Part shown: positions 46,100-60,570 of the stretch, in pieces
Layout of the letters: the number at the start of each line of letters is the position of its first letter
Position numbering within the stretch: position 1 is the stretch's first letter
Source of the DNA: Octopus vulgaris
Taxonomy: Eukaryota
DNA: 64,000 nucleotides
Reading direction: 5' to 3'
NCBI GenBank assembly: GCA_951406725.2
Contig: CATOCA020000001.1
Coordinates: 11,222,001 to 11,286,000, forward strand
Made by a program: the position numbers and the translations under genes
Notes under the pieces: model-generated
Databases searched by the model: none
Seen by the model: only the letters and a program-made list of their open reading frames with translations
Told to the model about the DNA's origin: nothing

Positions 46100-47600
46100 T
46101 AGTGCAAGAGACCCTTAATCAATATTGACGGTGTGACGATCAAGGAGCAACGTGTCAGTTGTGCATCAGGCTTTTGTGTCAGTCTTTGCGAGTCTGGCAG
46201 AGCGACAAACAGGACAATTGCTGGATGGAGGATAAACTGCATCAGGCAAGGGTCACTTTTGGAAAGCAGGGGTTTCAAGGGGTGTTGGGGTATGACCACT
46301 TGTGGTAAAGGTGGGGTAAGTTGGCGTGGCTCTGTGGGTAGGCGGTGAGATGCATTTCTGGTCATGGTAATTTTGGAATCGGGAAGTGGGCATTGGTGTT
46401 GCAGCTGCATGAGGTGCTGTTAAAGTCGGTTGAGAAGGTAGTCTCATCACTGGTGTTGGCATAGGGAACGCATGTGGTCCAGACACCATGAGAAGTGGGC
46501 CATGAGGAAGAAGCAGTAGATACTTCCAGAGGAATTTTGGCCTGATCCATCCACTCTCAACATGTACAGATCGAAATGACGTACATCTAAATGGCACCAG
46601 TTTTCCCCCCATTTGTAGGATTGGGTCAAACTTGGCTCTGGATTAGGACATAGTTCGAAAGAAGTGAGCATGTGTGTTTTGACAACCGTTCAGTAGCACT
46701 CATGTTGTGTTTACGCAGGTCTTCTTTTCAATAAGTCATAGTTTCATGCCATGTGGAATGTAGCTTGTACTTGCCGGGATGGATGGGAATAAAGTATTGT
46801 ATAGGGCTGCCAAAGATGCACATGGCTGGGGACAAGTGTGTGTCCCAGTCAGGTGTATTTCTTTATTGTAGCATTGTGCACTGGAAACTGTCAGTGTTAA
46901 GGAAGCCGTTGGTGTCAGTGTTGTCTGTAACGAGGCCCTTTATTGTCTCAATACCGACTTTGGCGCGGCAGTTGTCATGGGGAAATGCAATGGCGGTGAT
47001 TCTCCCCAATTGTGGAAGAAGGTACAATGTCAGCTCATAGCTGATAGGGCAGTGTTAAGTGCCTGTGCGCCATTCGATGCTCCTTTAAGATGGTTTTCCA
47101 GACCTGTTAGGACATACCACCATTGTCTGTCACCAAGTGACAGATGTACCAATGGGAATAGGCTTGATAACTCCAAGTGGAACATTCCGGTCGAGACCTG
47201 CTTTTACTTCCTCTTGCCAATGAACCAGGACTGGTATGGGCGTATGGTGGGCGACTGGTTTAGCATTAAGCGGATCGGTTGGTCAGACATCTTGGAGAAT
47301 TGCCAATGGTTGCAGACGTTGAATGTGCTGGAGCTGTAGTATTGTAGCAGCTACTTCCTCAGGCGACAACGTTTTTCCTCAGTGGCTGGGAATGGTAGTG
47401 TAGTTGGAGGAGGGGGTTGTATTTGTTGTATGTGGCAGGTGCATACATTCTGTGTCATTTTTGCAGATGATCGATGAGGCTTGTCAGTACTCTCTCCCAT
47501 GGATTGTTTACAGGCCAACTCATGGCACAATCAGGTGCAGGACAGGGTACGTTGGTCATACTGACTCGCTTTTGGTCATAAATAAGTCTGACAACTGTTT
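46100..47600 (-). mobile_element. Gypsy LTR-retrotransposon pol relic with a large internal deletion
   Basis: - strand: YSSSTFNVC (pre-RT), [57 protein letters not shown] (integrase). Flanked by ~140-bp direct repeats at ~45885 and ~47625. Confidence 0.8.
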
Positions 47601-48884
47601 GCTTTCACCAATATTTTACGCAGTCTGAAGCAACGAGTAAAGGGTCTTCAGTATACCTGAAATGTGAAGGGAAAGATGATGGATAATAAAATGAATAATA
47701 TATGGCGAATTGAATGTAATGTAATAAATTGTAATATATGTGTGTTTAGTTGTAATCCTGTAATCAGCATAGAGGAGTTGCTAGGGTCTGCCTGTTTTAT
47801 ATTTATCTGTTATTACCTGAATGATTATGATACCAACAAAAGTCAAGTACATAGGTTTATACTTGGTTAGGTACTTCTCCTGGGGTTTCTTACCAGAAAT
47901 ATATCATGACTGGTGTTTCTTCCTGATACAAAACCAAATTGCATCTCATCTAGATTAAGTCTTTTCCTAATTAGTTGGGCTATGATCCTCTCCGTGATTT
48001 TCATCATCTGAAGAAATTAGTGCCAGTGCAAGCACTTTATTTTTAAAGCACACATCAGGCATGTGTTAACATATCAGCAATGAGAAAGCGCTCTAATCGA
48101 TGTCTACCTATATACATACATATATGCAGGGTAGCCATGTACTTTCTCTACAGCGACACACCTCTGCCTGTCTCTCTATCATACTACAGGTTAGGATGAA
48201 GCCACCTCTCTCACTACTAGCAGTCCACTCATCCTTGAAATTTACTTTTTAATTTTACTAGTGTCAGTGTTACCAAAACTTTTCTCAGACATAGAAACCA
48301 TGTGAAAACAGACATTAGATGTACGTGTAGTAATTCATCTCAGATAGTGTGAAATAGTCCAACCCATGACAACATGAAAAACGAATGTTAAATGATGATG
48401 ACACACATACACGTTAATTGTATTTCTTATATTAATTTCAATAATTAATTTGTTTCTATTTATAAATAAAAACAATTGATTTCACATGAGAATGATTAGT
48501 TTGATGACTTGTGGAAGCAATGTACTGTGTAAATGTAAGGACAACTGTATTTATTAAACAAGTGTATATCATGATTCGACACAGATAAAACTTGACTTTC
48601 AAATGTTGGTTGATATTTTGCTTGTTGTTTGCATATCATGCCTTGTATTATAGATCCCAAATGGCCAAAGGTAAGTGGTCTTTCTTATTTTGGTGTGGGT
48701 TTGCTGTTAGGATTGGTTTTCAGAGTTTAGTCTATATTAGGGTCAGCTTGAGGATTTGTGAAGGGTTTTAAGAGAGAATAGTCAAGTAAGAGATCAAAGT
48801 TTGAACTAGGGGTTGGGATTTGGGGTGATGAGGAGAGTAGAGATTGAACAGGTTTATTTATAGTGTTGATGACTGTTTTATATC

Positions 48885-49360
48885 GGGTTTAGCATTGAAA
48901 AGCAGGGATGGGGGCTGGGTGCTTGGATAAGATGCGGATGTCAGGTTGATCCGAGTTATCTCCATGGTGGTCTTTGGCATGTTGGTAGAGTATAGAAGAC
49001 TGTTTTCTGTCGTCAAGTTGTCTTAAATGTTCATTTATCCGTTCCGCAATGCTCATAGACGTCTCCTCTATGTACATCATGTTCATGTCCTTACAAGCAC
49101 CTTCTATGCATCTTATATTGTAAACTACATTTCGAGTTCTACAGTTAATACCAGGGCTAATTCTACATGCCATGCAGTTATCAATTGTGCATATGGTATT
49201 CTTAAACGGGCATGTCCTTCATAATTGTGACCTGACGGAGTTCCTTGGCTTTTCAACAATTTTAATGTTGAGTTTGGTCTCTTTCAGAGCTTTTCTAAAT
49301 CTACGGGCTAGTTCTCCATGGGCTCTGGCCTCTACTAATATCACTCCTTGAATTTTTACT
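48885..49360 (-). mobile_element. Penelope-like element GIY-YIG endonuclease remnant
   Basis: CMACRISPGINCRTRNVVYNIRC..MYIEETSMSIAERINEH..SILYQH..HH fits the PLE GIY-YIG pattern (VVY..YIGET..R..EH). Confidence 0.82.
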
Positions 49361-49464
49361 GGTGAGTGTGTATTTAATAATAAGGCACTAAAAGAGAAAG
49401 ACTATCCCCAGACACAACAGAATACACACTGTTTTCGCTAATTACTCTTTCACTCACTTTTGCT

Positions 49465-49626
49465 ACTTTCAGTTATTTGACTGCGGCCATGTTGTAGCAC
49501 CGCCTTCAGTCAAACAAATAGAGCCCAGGACCTATTCTCTTTTGCCGAACCGTTCAGTTACGGGTGCGTGAAAACAGCAGCATCGTTTGTCAAGCGCTGT
49601 TCGATGGATAAAGAGGCATACAAACG

Positions 49627-49697
<71 letters not shown>

Positions 49698-49865
49698 ACA
49701 CACACGATGGGCTTCATTTAGTTTCCGTCTACGAAATCTATTCACAAGGCTTTGGTCACCCCGAGGCTATAGTTGAAGACACTTGTCCAAGGTTCCACGC
49801 AGTGGGACTGAACCCAGAACACAGTGGTTCGTAAGCAAGCTACTTATCACAAAGCCGCTCCTACG
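49465..49865 (-). mobile_element. tRNA-derived SINE family A
   Basis: Reverse complement of the family A head and body with internal (AT)n. Confidence 0.8.
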
Positions 49866-50723
49866 CCTAGCAGCATATATATATATATATATTTATAAAA
49901 CTGAAATGCGAAAAGTTTGTTTGTTTGTTTGTCTGGAACGGTTTAAAGACCACTACATCCCGTCGGTTGACTACAAAATTTACGGTTCGTGATCAATCAT
50001 TCTCACAGAAATGCGTGCACAAACAGACACAGAATGTCATGGTTTAAAGGTCAACATGTTTAAAACATAAATAGCTACGAGTTTGCGTATATGCATGTAT
50101 CTATGTGCATGAGTGCGGACGTGTGTTTCCAGAATGTCTCAGTTTTAAGGTCAACATATTTAAAACATAAATAGGTACGAGATTGCGTCTTTGCATGCAT
50201 CTATATTCGTGGGTGCGGACGTGTGAGTGTTTGTGCGTGTGTGAGCACAGTCCACCTATACCCAAGGTGGTTGCATCGTCTCATAAGAACCAGCCGTGAA
50301 AGTTCCGGACCCCATTAATGAACTCATTTGCATACAAACAATTAGGTCTCGCCTTGAACTTGTCCGGTTAACAAACAGTAGTGTCTGAATGGGAATTAGC
50401 TTGCTTACCTAACAAATGTTTTCGAGTTCAGTCCCACTGGGTGGCATGTTGGGCAAATGTCTTCTACTATAGTCTCGGGCCGACCAAAGCCTTGTGAGTG
50501 GATTTGGGAGACGGAAACTAAAAGAAGACTGTCGTATGTATATATATATATGTAGCAGTAAGAGTGGCTATGTAGCTTGCTTTTCAAACACGGTGTTTCT
50601 GGTTCAGTCCACCTACGTGGCCCCATGGGCAAGTGTCTTCCAATATAGCCACGGACAGACCAACGTTTCTGAGTAGATTTGGTACACGGAAACAGAAAGT
50701 AGCCCGTCGTATATAGATAGGTC

Positions 50724-50754
<31 letters not shown>

Positions 50755-52479
50755 TAAACATATAAGGGATGGCCATAATGGGACATCCGACTCACTAGAG
50801 AGAGCAGTTAAACTCCAAAAAATCGTAAAAGTCTGTCATGTCTGAATAATATATTCGAAAGTTACTTCCTCTTGCTCATTATAATTTAAATAAAAGTAGT
50901 ATAATTATATGTAAGGAACGTAACTCTGGAAGATGTTATCTAGTTATCTCCCTTCCGAGAGTTAATTTCCTTAAATATTATTTTATTATGTGAATATTCT
51001 GCATAGGCACACACACAAATTTACATTCAATTTTCATTTACAATTCCACTTACACGACATTGGTTGGACTGGATCTATAGAAGGCACTTGCCCAGGCTGT
51101 GGCACAGTGGTGTACCATAGCCTATTTTACATAAATCTCATCACACACTTTACCTATAATTGTATGGATGCCCCTACATAAACCCATCCCTGATCAAGAC
51201 AAATAGAGGAAAGCTAAGTAGCGCTATGTAAACAATGCCAGCATACAAAAAGAAAAAAACACAAGCACAAGAGATGCAGCACGGACTTTGTCAGTGAACA
51301 GGTCGCGGATTTTAGCGACGAAAATATTTTGACAAATTAAACTTAAATGTTGAAGTGAATCGAACGGCTTTTGTGTGTTTCTTAAATGGCTTAGAAACAC
51401 CTTCCACGCTGCAATTGTTTTCGTTTCAGCGCACGATCTCAAATCAAATTACTTGCTATGCGAGTACATATCCGTAATATTTTATTATTGTTAAATTTTA
51501 ATATTTAAGGGAAGTAACTGTAGAAGATACTTTGTAATTATTTCCCTTAGGTATTTCTTATTATAATATAGACTTTGTCGCTCTTTGACTCTTTCAGTTA
51601 TTTCACTGTGACCATGGTGGAGCACCGCATTTAGTCAAGCAAATCAACCCCAGCAATTATTCTTTGTATGCCTATTACTTAACGTATAGGTCTCTTTTGC
51701 AGAACCGATAAGTTACGGGGACGTAATGATCGATGTTCTGATTTAGTGGGTATTTATTTATTGTAATAATTTCAATTATCATAAATTATGGGCTAGGAAA
51801 AATACTAGAAGCTTTTTTGATAGACCTATTGGGGCTCCTTGTGTGTGTGGGACTGTTTTTATTTATGTGAGTGTGGGTATTTTCATTTCAGTGTTTGTGT
51901 GAGAGGCTTTTTTTTCTGTGTGCGCGAGTGTGTGAGCGACTGAGTGTTTCTATTTGTTTGTGTGTGTGCGACACTTACAAATGCAAGAAGCACTTTGACC
52001 ATTTGTAAGATACCCACATTTGAGATCACTAACTACTAAATCAAAATAAGTTCAATTTATTGCACCTTTAGTGACTTGAGATGTTGCTCATATTTTTCCC
52101 ATGTGTCGACAATGTATTAATTTCACAAGTGGATAAAAGAAATTCTCATACTGGCGTGGAGGGGGCTGATATTCTAACTGCGAGTTCAAAGCACCCAATG
52201 CCCCTTTACATTCTGAATAAATTGTATGTTTGTGCTAGTTAGGGTTAGGGTTTTATGTGTGAGTGTGTAACTGCGTTTTCATTTCTGTGTGTGGGTGCGT
52301 ATATTTGTGTGTGTGTCTGTGTTTGTGCATGTGTAGGTATGTAACAGTTTTCATTTCTGTGTTTGTCCAAGAAATAGCTGTGTATTTTCATTTGTGTGTT
52401 TGTCTTTGTGCGTATGTGAGTGTTTTTGTGAGAATTTTTTTTCAGTGTTTGTGTGCGTGGGACTTTTTATATGTGTGTG

Positions 52480-54295
52480 TGTGTTGGTATTTTCATTTCA
52501 GTGTTTTTGTTTGTGTGAATGTTTTTATTTTTGTGTGTACGTGTGTGTGAGCGACTGTGTTTTTATTCGTTTGTGTGTGTGTGACAATTACAGCTACAAC
52601 AAACACTTTAAGCATCTCCAAGATACCCAGATTTGCAGATCCCTAAGTTCTAAATGAAAAGAAGTTCAATTTATTGCACCTTTAGCGACTTCAGATTTGC
52701 GAGTGTTAATCACCCAATGCCTCCCGTATCTACATACCTGGATTGGCCATAATTGGCCTCATTCGGATATCTCTCGGGCGTGGAATATTTATAACTATAG
52801 AAGTTAACTTGTTACAGGTTTTGTTTATGGCTTAACTTATTTAGATTTTGGGAAGTCCACAGATGTTACTGGCTTTGCAGTGAAATCTAGTCAAGCAATT
52901 TGTCTCCTTTTTTGTTAAATCGTGTTGGAACTGGTGGATAAGAGTAGACAGTTTGGTCATTACCTTCGATTGACTGTAGCTGATGATGTTTTCACCGATA
53001 CAGGTGTGTTTTACTCCCTGTATTTTAGCGGTTCGGCAAAAGAGAATAAGTTAGAATAAATACTAGGCTTACAAAGAAGTGCTGCGGACGATGTGATCGA
53101 CTAAAGGCGGCGCTCCAGTATTTATATATATATATATATATATATACTTACAGATATACGCATATATACTATATAAAACAAAAAAGAAACTTGATTATGT
53201 CATTATTACTATATTACAGATATTACAACATGAAACGTATTATATGACGTAGATAAAAGTCCTAGTGTCGATTTGCTCAAGAAAAGGATGTGCTCCAGCA
53301 TAGGCACAGTGAAATGACTAAACCAAGAAAAGAGTAAATGTAAGGGAAGTAACTGGAAGATTTTTTAGTCATCACCCTTTCTAGAGTTACTCCCCCTGCA
53401 TATTATTAGTTAGTAAATTATAATATGCCAGGTAAGTAACTCTACAAAGTAAGATAACTCCAAAATCTTCCAGAGTTACTTCCCTCACATATATTGATAA
53501 TTGCTAAATATGCTAGCGAAGGGAAGTAACTCTTGAAAGGGAGATAATTACAAAATTTCCAGAGTTACTTCCCTTACATGTATCAGTGTTTGTGTACGTG
53601 AAACTGTTTTTATTTGTGTGTGTGAGTGTCGGTAGTTTCATTTCAGTGTTTGTGTTTGTGTGAGTGTTTTTATTTCTGTGTGTATGTGTGTGTGAACCTA
53701 TGTGCGTTTTTATTCGTTTGTGTGTGTGCGACATTTACAGCTACAACAAACACTTTAAGCATCTCCAAGATACCCACATTTGCAAATCACTAGCTGCTAA
53801 ATAAAAAGACGTTCAATTTATTGCTACTTGAGGTTTATGATTGTTAAGCACCCAATGCTCCCCGTATCTACATACCTAGTACTGGCTTTGCAGTGAAATC
53901 TAGTCAACAATTTGTCTCCTTTTTTGTTAAATCGTGTTGGAACTGGTGGATAAGAGTAGACAGTTTGGTCATTATCTTCGATTGACTGTAGTTGTTGATG
54001 TTTTAACCGATGTTTTACTCCCTGTATTTTAGCAGTTCGGCAAAAGAGAACAAGTTAGAATAAATACTAGGCTTACAACGAATAAGTGCTGCGGACGATG
54101 TGCTCGACTAAAGGCGGCGCTCCAGTATTTATATATATATATATATATATATATTTACATAGATATAGGTGTATATACCTACATACGCATATATACTATC
54201 TAAAACAAAAAAGAAACTTGATTATGTCATTATTACTTTATTACATATATTACTTTCTTACAGATATTACAACATGAAACGTATTATATGATGTT
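52480..54295. repeat. Local duplication (~52480-53250 vs ~53635-54295; older partial copy ~51870-52080)
   Basis: Shared AGCTACAACAAACACTTTAAGCATCTCCAAGATACCCA and GTGAAATCTAGTCAA..GGAACTGGTGGATAAGAGTAGAC blocks. Confidence 0.85.
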
Positions 54296-54815
54296 AGGGA
54301 AGTAACTCAAGGAGATATTTTCTGCTATCTCCCTAGTGAACAGGTCATAGACTTTTCTCGTTATTTACTCTTTTACTCTCATTTACTTGTTTCAGTCATT
54401 TGACTGAGGCCATGTTGCAGCACCACCTTCAGTCGAGCATATCGACCCCAGGACTTATTCTTTGTAGGCCTAGTACTTATTCTATCAGTCTCTTACGCTG
54501 AACCTCTAAGTTATGGGGACGTAAACAGACTAGCATCCGTTGTGTAGCAATGTTTGGGGACAAAGAGACACACGCACACACATATAAACATATATATGAC
54601 TGGAGTTTTCCAGTTTCCTTCCACCAAATCCAATCACAAGGCTTTGGTCGGCTCGGGGCTATAGTAGATTTTTCAAACGATGCTGGTGTGTTTTCCTCCC
54701 TGTATTTCAGCGGCTCGGCAGAAAAGAATAAGTTAGAATAAATACTAGGCTTAGAAAGAATAAGTGCTGCTGACGATGTGCTCGAAGAAGATAGATTGGT
54801 ATATATATATATATA

Positions 54816-55448
54816 CTAGCAGTATCGCCCGGCGTTGCTCGGGTTTGTAAGGGAAATAACTATATAAGCATTTTTAGAGAGTTATAGCCAAAAAATAGCA
54901 AAAAATGCATTAAAAATGGAAAAAATATGATGGTAAATTTTTTTTAAATCGTTGACTCATCGTAGACATTTTTAGAGAGTTACTTCCTTATATAATAGTG
55001 AAAAAATGCATTAAAATGGAAAAAAACGATGGTAAATTTTCTTTTAAATCGTAGACTCATGTAGACGCTTTCTTAGCCATTTCTGTTTTGGTGTCTTCAA
55101 GCCATGAAGTCGTTGTTCTAAAAGAACGCTGGTCTCCTTGACAACGCATTACGACGTTGATTTCCTTACACTCCCTTCCCCACAGGTGCAGGTGTGAGCG
55201 TGGACGCCAACTCCGCCGCCATCGACACACGAAAAATTATGCATTAAAATGGAATAAAAAATGATGTTAAATTATTTTTAAAATGTAGACTCATCGTAGA
55301 CGCGCGCTAATACTCAGACGGGCTCGATATGAATCACGACTATAAGGTACCCGAATTTGGTTAAACTGTACCGCAAAATGTGGGAGTAGTTAGGAATCTA
55401 AATCGAAGGGGACAGACACTCACACAACTACAGTTTTATATATATAGA
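54816..55448 (-). mobile_element. Non-autonomous Helitron, same family as 1188-1561
   Basis: Matching hairpin-CTAG 3' end and TCTATATATAT 5' end, inserted in an (AT)n tract. Confidence 0.82.
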
Positions 55449-55469
55449 TATACATAGCGCGGTAGTGGT

Positions 55470-56055
55470 GAGATGTGACAGCAAAGAAAAGCATACATTC
55501 ACTCTCTGCATGCAATTATACTCGGAAAGTTCGTGAGGAACCCATTGACCCAATTTGCTGACTTTTCCGATAGCACACAGGTCTCAATGAATGGTTGAAT
55601 GACCAAATCCAAGCTTCTCTGCTAGTTCCTCAATAGTTACGATGAGATTTTGTTCCACCAGGGTTTTCAGGATGTCCTTGTCGAGTTCTACAGATCTTTC
55701 AGGATGAGGCTCGTCTTCTAGGCTGTAGTTTATGGCTCGGAATTTCTGGAACCACCATTGACACTGCCTTACGCTTATTGTCCAATCCCCATATACTGCA
55801 TTAATATTTCTTGTACTTTCCGTTGCGTTGTTGTCTTTATTGAACTCATAAAGCAAAATATGCCAAATATGCTCCTTTGTTACTTCCAACATAGCTTTGA
55901 AAAAATAGCTGTTAAAATCGAAATGCACTCTTCAAAACTTGCACTATGAATAAGGACAAGATAAAATTACTACCTGCTTTTATAGCAAGTTAATATAAGT
56001 AGTTTATCCCATTCCCCTCTGACTTTTAGTTCAAGCTGTTGAAAAAACCGCATTA
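55470..56055 (-). mobile_element. Truncated mariner transposase (N-terminal HTH to WVPHEL)
   Basis: HILLYEF..NINAVYG..WFQKFR..LEDEPHPER, GQWVPHELSE. Confidence 0.88.
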
Positions 56056-56243
56056 TTATATATATATACATACATACATACATACATATACACATACACT
56101 CTCTCTCTCTCACACACATGCACACATTTATATTCTGTTATTCTTTTATATGTTTCAGCCTTGAGGTTGTGGCCATGCTGGATCATGTGTGTGTGTGTGT
56201 GTCTATCTGTCTGTCTGTCTGTATGTATATATGTATATGTATG

Positions 56244-56466
56244 TGTGTGCACGATCCCTATTGATCAACTTTTTTCCTCTCCCCTTTCCTTTTTTTCCCT
56301 CTCCCCCCTTTTTTTAAAAAAAAATTCTCTTTTTTGTCCTCTTTCTTTCCTTTTACGATCCCTTTTGATCGAAAACCAACCCCTTTTTATTTACCCCCAA
56401 AAGAAAAGCTCTACCTTGTAATTTGTTCTGTCTGTGTGCAGCCCTGTGTGGCTAATAAAGAAACAT
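56244..56466 (+). mobile_element. Probable LINE 3' end fragment with AATAAA, abutting (TATC)n
   Basis: Pyrimidine-rich UTR-like block ending GCCCTGTGTGGCTAATAAAGAAAC. Confidence 0.4.
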
Positions 56467-56652
<186 letters not shown>

Positions 56653-56654
56653 TA

Positions 56655-59600
56655 GACACCAAAAACACAAATTTGATGGAATACATCCAATCAAAAACAA
56701 ACATAACAGAAGATGACATAAAAACAAACAATCACCCATACACAACACCACCAGACCACATCAAAATATTACACATCTCCAAAAGTCTGCACCACACACT
56801 CAAAGGCATTTTCCCCAGTGCGGTTGGTAAATGTCAAAAATATCTCACAAAGAAACTGTACTGGGATCTCCTCGAGGACAAACCAAAGGAGGAGAAAGCA
56901 AAAACTTTCGAGCAGTAAGTAACCCTCTGTTCCTTTCACTTGTATTCTAATTCATTAGGATTATGATCAAGATTGGTTGTGTAAATGCGCGTGGCTTGGG
57001 GTCCCCTTGGAAACAAGGGTACCTCTTAAATGACATAAAGTCACATAAGTTAGAAATCATAGCCATAAGTGAGACCAGACTCCACAATCCGCGGGCCCTA
57101 AAGACCATGTTTGGCGGACAGTTCAACATTTATTTTTCCCCCTGTCTGCCGAGAATGGGCGGTAGTGGCACCGCGGTACTTTTTCGCAAGAGTCTGGATC
57201 TCAAAGTAAGGACAATATTCGTAGACCCGGAGGGTAGACTGGTCGTCCTGGATGTCGACGGCAGCAATGGGTGCGCTTTTCGACTCGTATCAGTCTACGC
57301 ACCGCCCTTAACAGCTCGGGCGGATTTCTTTCAACGTCTAGAAGTATTCTTGGGAACGTCTCGTCCTTTACTCTTAGTGGGGGATTGGAATGCTACCTTG
57401 GACACGCATGTAGACTACGTGGGTAGAGATAGGAATAGACGGGGATGCAAATGCCTCAGAGACCTACTCAGACGCTTTCAACTGTCTGACAGGTTCCGAC
57501 TAGACCACCCGAATGCGCCAACGTGGACATGGAGCAACTGCATCGGGTCGTCGAGATCGTATCTAGATAGGATACTGTGTAGGACAGTAGACAGAGATAG
57601 CATAGGATGTCCACAATTCCACATAGTCAGCTACACGGATCACAAACTTGTGACATGCACGCTAGACTTAGGTAAGACACTTAGGCAGGGTCCCGGATAC
57701 TGGAAACTAAACGCGTCTTTCCCATCGAGACAGGTTTTCAGAGACCGGATTAGCACGCTAGTAAAGAGGGCTTTGACGGGAGCCATCATCAACAACAAAT
57801 GGTGGTTTGCCCTCAAGAGAGCAGTAAAAGCAGAAGCGACTAGGTACAGCAAAGCACTAGCCATAGATAGAAATAGAGTAGAGGTTGAGCTAGTTAAGAA
57901 GCTAGAAGAGGCAATTAGAAGCGGCATCGCATCCGACGTTTTGGCGGCGAGGTTGGCCCTCGACCAACACTTCAACGCCAAACACGAAGGATGTGCTGTC
58001 AGAGCTAGGATGCGTGCTCTAAGGAACGAAGGTGTTGGAGCCGCGAGAGAGGCCCGGGTGGCAGAGGCGCAACGGGGCAACAAAGCCACCATTCGGTCCC
58101 TGGTAGATGAACAGGGACGCGAATTGCTCGAGCCAAGTAAAATGTGTGAGGCCTTTCAGCAGCATTTTGCCCGACTGTTCGGGACGAGTGGAGGGCATGA
58201 ACGTAGGGTGGACTTCAGTGCCTACCTACATAGCCTACCACGACTCTCGACAAGAAAGGCAGGGTGCTGCGAAGGTGCCATCACGGCGGTGGAAGTGCAG
58301 GACGCGATGGCAGAATGCTCGAGGGACAAATCGCCGGGTTTGGATGGTCTACCCTACGAGCTTTACAATTGTATGCCAGACTTGTTTGGAGATGTCTTGG
58401 CAGCGGTGTACTGCAACTGGCAGCAAAATGGGAGCATTCCTGGTTTTGTGAGCCGAGGAGCCGTAACACTGCTGAAGAAAGATCTAAACAAGGGAAATGT
58501 AATAGATAACTTTAGACCCATCACTCTGCTTAATGCAGACTTGAAAATTTTGGCCAAGGTGCTAGCCAAGAGGTTGGCGCTTGTCATCGAGAAACTGGTC
58601 GACAAGGCGCAAACATGCGCCGTGCCAGGCCGGACCATCCATGACAACCTCCACCTGATGCGCTACATCATAGACAGGGTAGTTAACGAACCTGGCATGG
58701 GTGGGGCGCTGATCAATTTGGATCAATCGAAAGCTTTCGATAGGGTAGACCATCGATACTTGGAGGCAGTCCTCAGAGCGGCTGGCTTCGATCCCGTCTT
58801 CCGCGGCTGGATAGCCGCTTTGTACAGAGTCATCCGTTCGGTAGTTCGCGTGAATGGACATCTATCGAGACCCTTCGACATCGCACGTTCGGTCCGTCAG
58901 GGATGCCCCCTCTCGTCGCCTCTATACGTATTGACTCTTGAGCCATTATTGCGGAAGCTGGCAACTTTGAGGAGCATCCCGCGAGAACTGGGATGCGGGA
59001 CGAGCGTGTCTGCATACGCGGACGACGTCACCTTCATAGTGTCTAGCCACGAGCACATCGAGCAGGTCGGCGAGACACTGAAAAACTACGAAGCGGTAAC
59101 AGGAGCAAAAATCATCCGGTAAAAGTCAGTGGGCTTGCGACTAAGCACCTGGAGAAGCAAGCCCATGCCGTCCACCAGCGCCTCCGTCGTGGGACGCTGG
59201 ACAGACGGCCGGTTGAGTTGCTCGATGTCTGGTTTTGTCCGGACCTCCAAGTGGAGAAGAACTGGAACGAGATAATGAGTAGGGTGGTCACTCTCGCCCA
59301 GCAGTGGGCCGAGAGGAAACTGTCCCTAAAAGGTCGGGCGGAGGTGGCGAACACGTACATCGCGTCCGTCATCTACTACCGCCTGACCGTCGTACCTTGT
59401 CCCGACCCTACCATCACCAAACTACAACGCATTCTCTTTCGCTTCTTATGGAAAGGATGCGTCCCGATGGTCAGGCGATCCATTTGCTGTCAACACCCGT
59501 TAAAAGGAGAGCTGGGCATGCCGTGGTTGATGATGCGCAGACACGCGCTGAGACTGCGACATCTCCGGCTCTATGTAGACGACGGTGAACAGGTGTGGTC

Positions 59601-60570
59601 GCCGTTTGTGAGGCACGCGTTCCCGCAGCTCGTCTCCATGACCGAACTGCAGTTGTGGATCAAAAAGAGGCCGAGGAAGGGCGAATGGTACCGCGAGTGT
59701 CGCGTTGCTCTCAAGCAACTCTGCCGTCCTGGGTCGACCTTGAATGACTTCAACACAACCAAAGCATTCTATAGGGGATTAGTGGAGGGGAAGAACGACG
59801 CCGAGCTCGGGGCGAACCTGGACGTCGACGAGGAGTACCTGACCCGCCTGTTCAGGACGACTTTCGGGCCAGGGCCCATGGACAACTTCCAAAGATCCCT
59901 GGCCTGGCAGTGTTACCGAGAAGCGCTACCCGTTCGTGATAAGCTCTACAGACACGGCTCGAGAAACACGGGGCCGACCTGCCCGAGATGCGGTCAGAGC
60001 GACGAAATCGTTCTGCACGCACTCGTGCAGTGTCCAACAATTTCCGACTTGTGGGCTTGTGTCGAACAACTGCTGTCACGTGTGGGACGAGTCGGTTTAT
60101 CAGTTGAGTCTATCGTCAATATTGTCACGCCTCCTTCCTTAAAACGGGAAGGAAGAGCTATTTTCATCATCCTTGTGGCTATGGCGAAAGAATGTATCTG
60201 GTGGACGCGTCTGAAAGGATTGGAGACAAGCACTTTCCTCTCTGGTCAATCTCTCATCAACTTCTTCAAGTACCACTTGAAAAGGAAAGTGAGAGTAGAG
60301 AGGCAAGTTTTGTCTAGCGAATGTTTTAAAAACAGATGGGTGAATGTAGCAAGGATGGCACGTATGAATGACGAAGCCACCTTGAGCATAATCCTATGAA
60401 CCCAGAAATTGAAAAAAGAGGGCTACCCACTTGCAAACAAATGTGGTAATATATAACAATATTGACCAAGGTTACCGTGGTCTTTTTCGTATGCTTTTCT
60501 TCCCACGGATAAACCTTACTTGCTTTCCCCAATTCACATCCCTCTCCTGTTCACTACACGTCTCTAAGCC
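56655..60570 (+). mobile_element. 5'-truncated L1/Tx1-clade LINE (ORF1 tail to 56918, ORF2, partial 3' UTR)
   Basis: ORF1 tail, a 44-nt spacer, then APE-RT-CCHC ORF2; GC- and CpG-rich relative to flanks. Confidence 0.9.
56963..60399 (+). pseudogene. LINE ORF2 (AP endonuclease, reverse transcriptase, CCHC) with one stop (59120-59122) and one 1-nt deletion (~59209)
   Basis: NARGL, SET, GDWN, LDRI and TDH (APE); KSPGLDG, RPITLLN, DQSKAFD, QGCPLS and YADD (RT); CPRC..H..C. Confidence 0.93.

Noticed and set aside
45885-47765. ~140-bp direct repeats as bona fide LTRs of the Gypsy relic
   Set aside because: No clear TG..CA ends, PBS or TSD; they may be an independent dispersed repeat.
52239-52250. 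(TTAGGG)2 telomere-like repeat
   Set aside because: Only two units, consistent with chance or a repeat-internal motif.
57640-58092. 150-aa antisense ORF and other ORFs overlapping the LINE
   Set aside because: Shadow ORFs of GC-rich ORF2.
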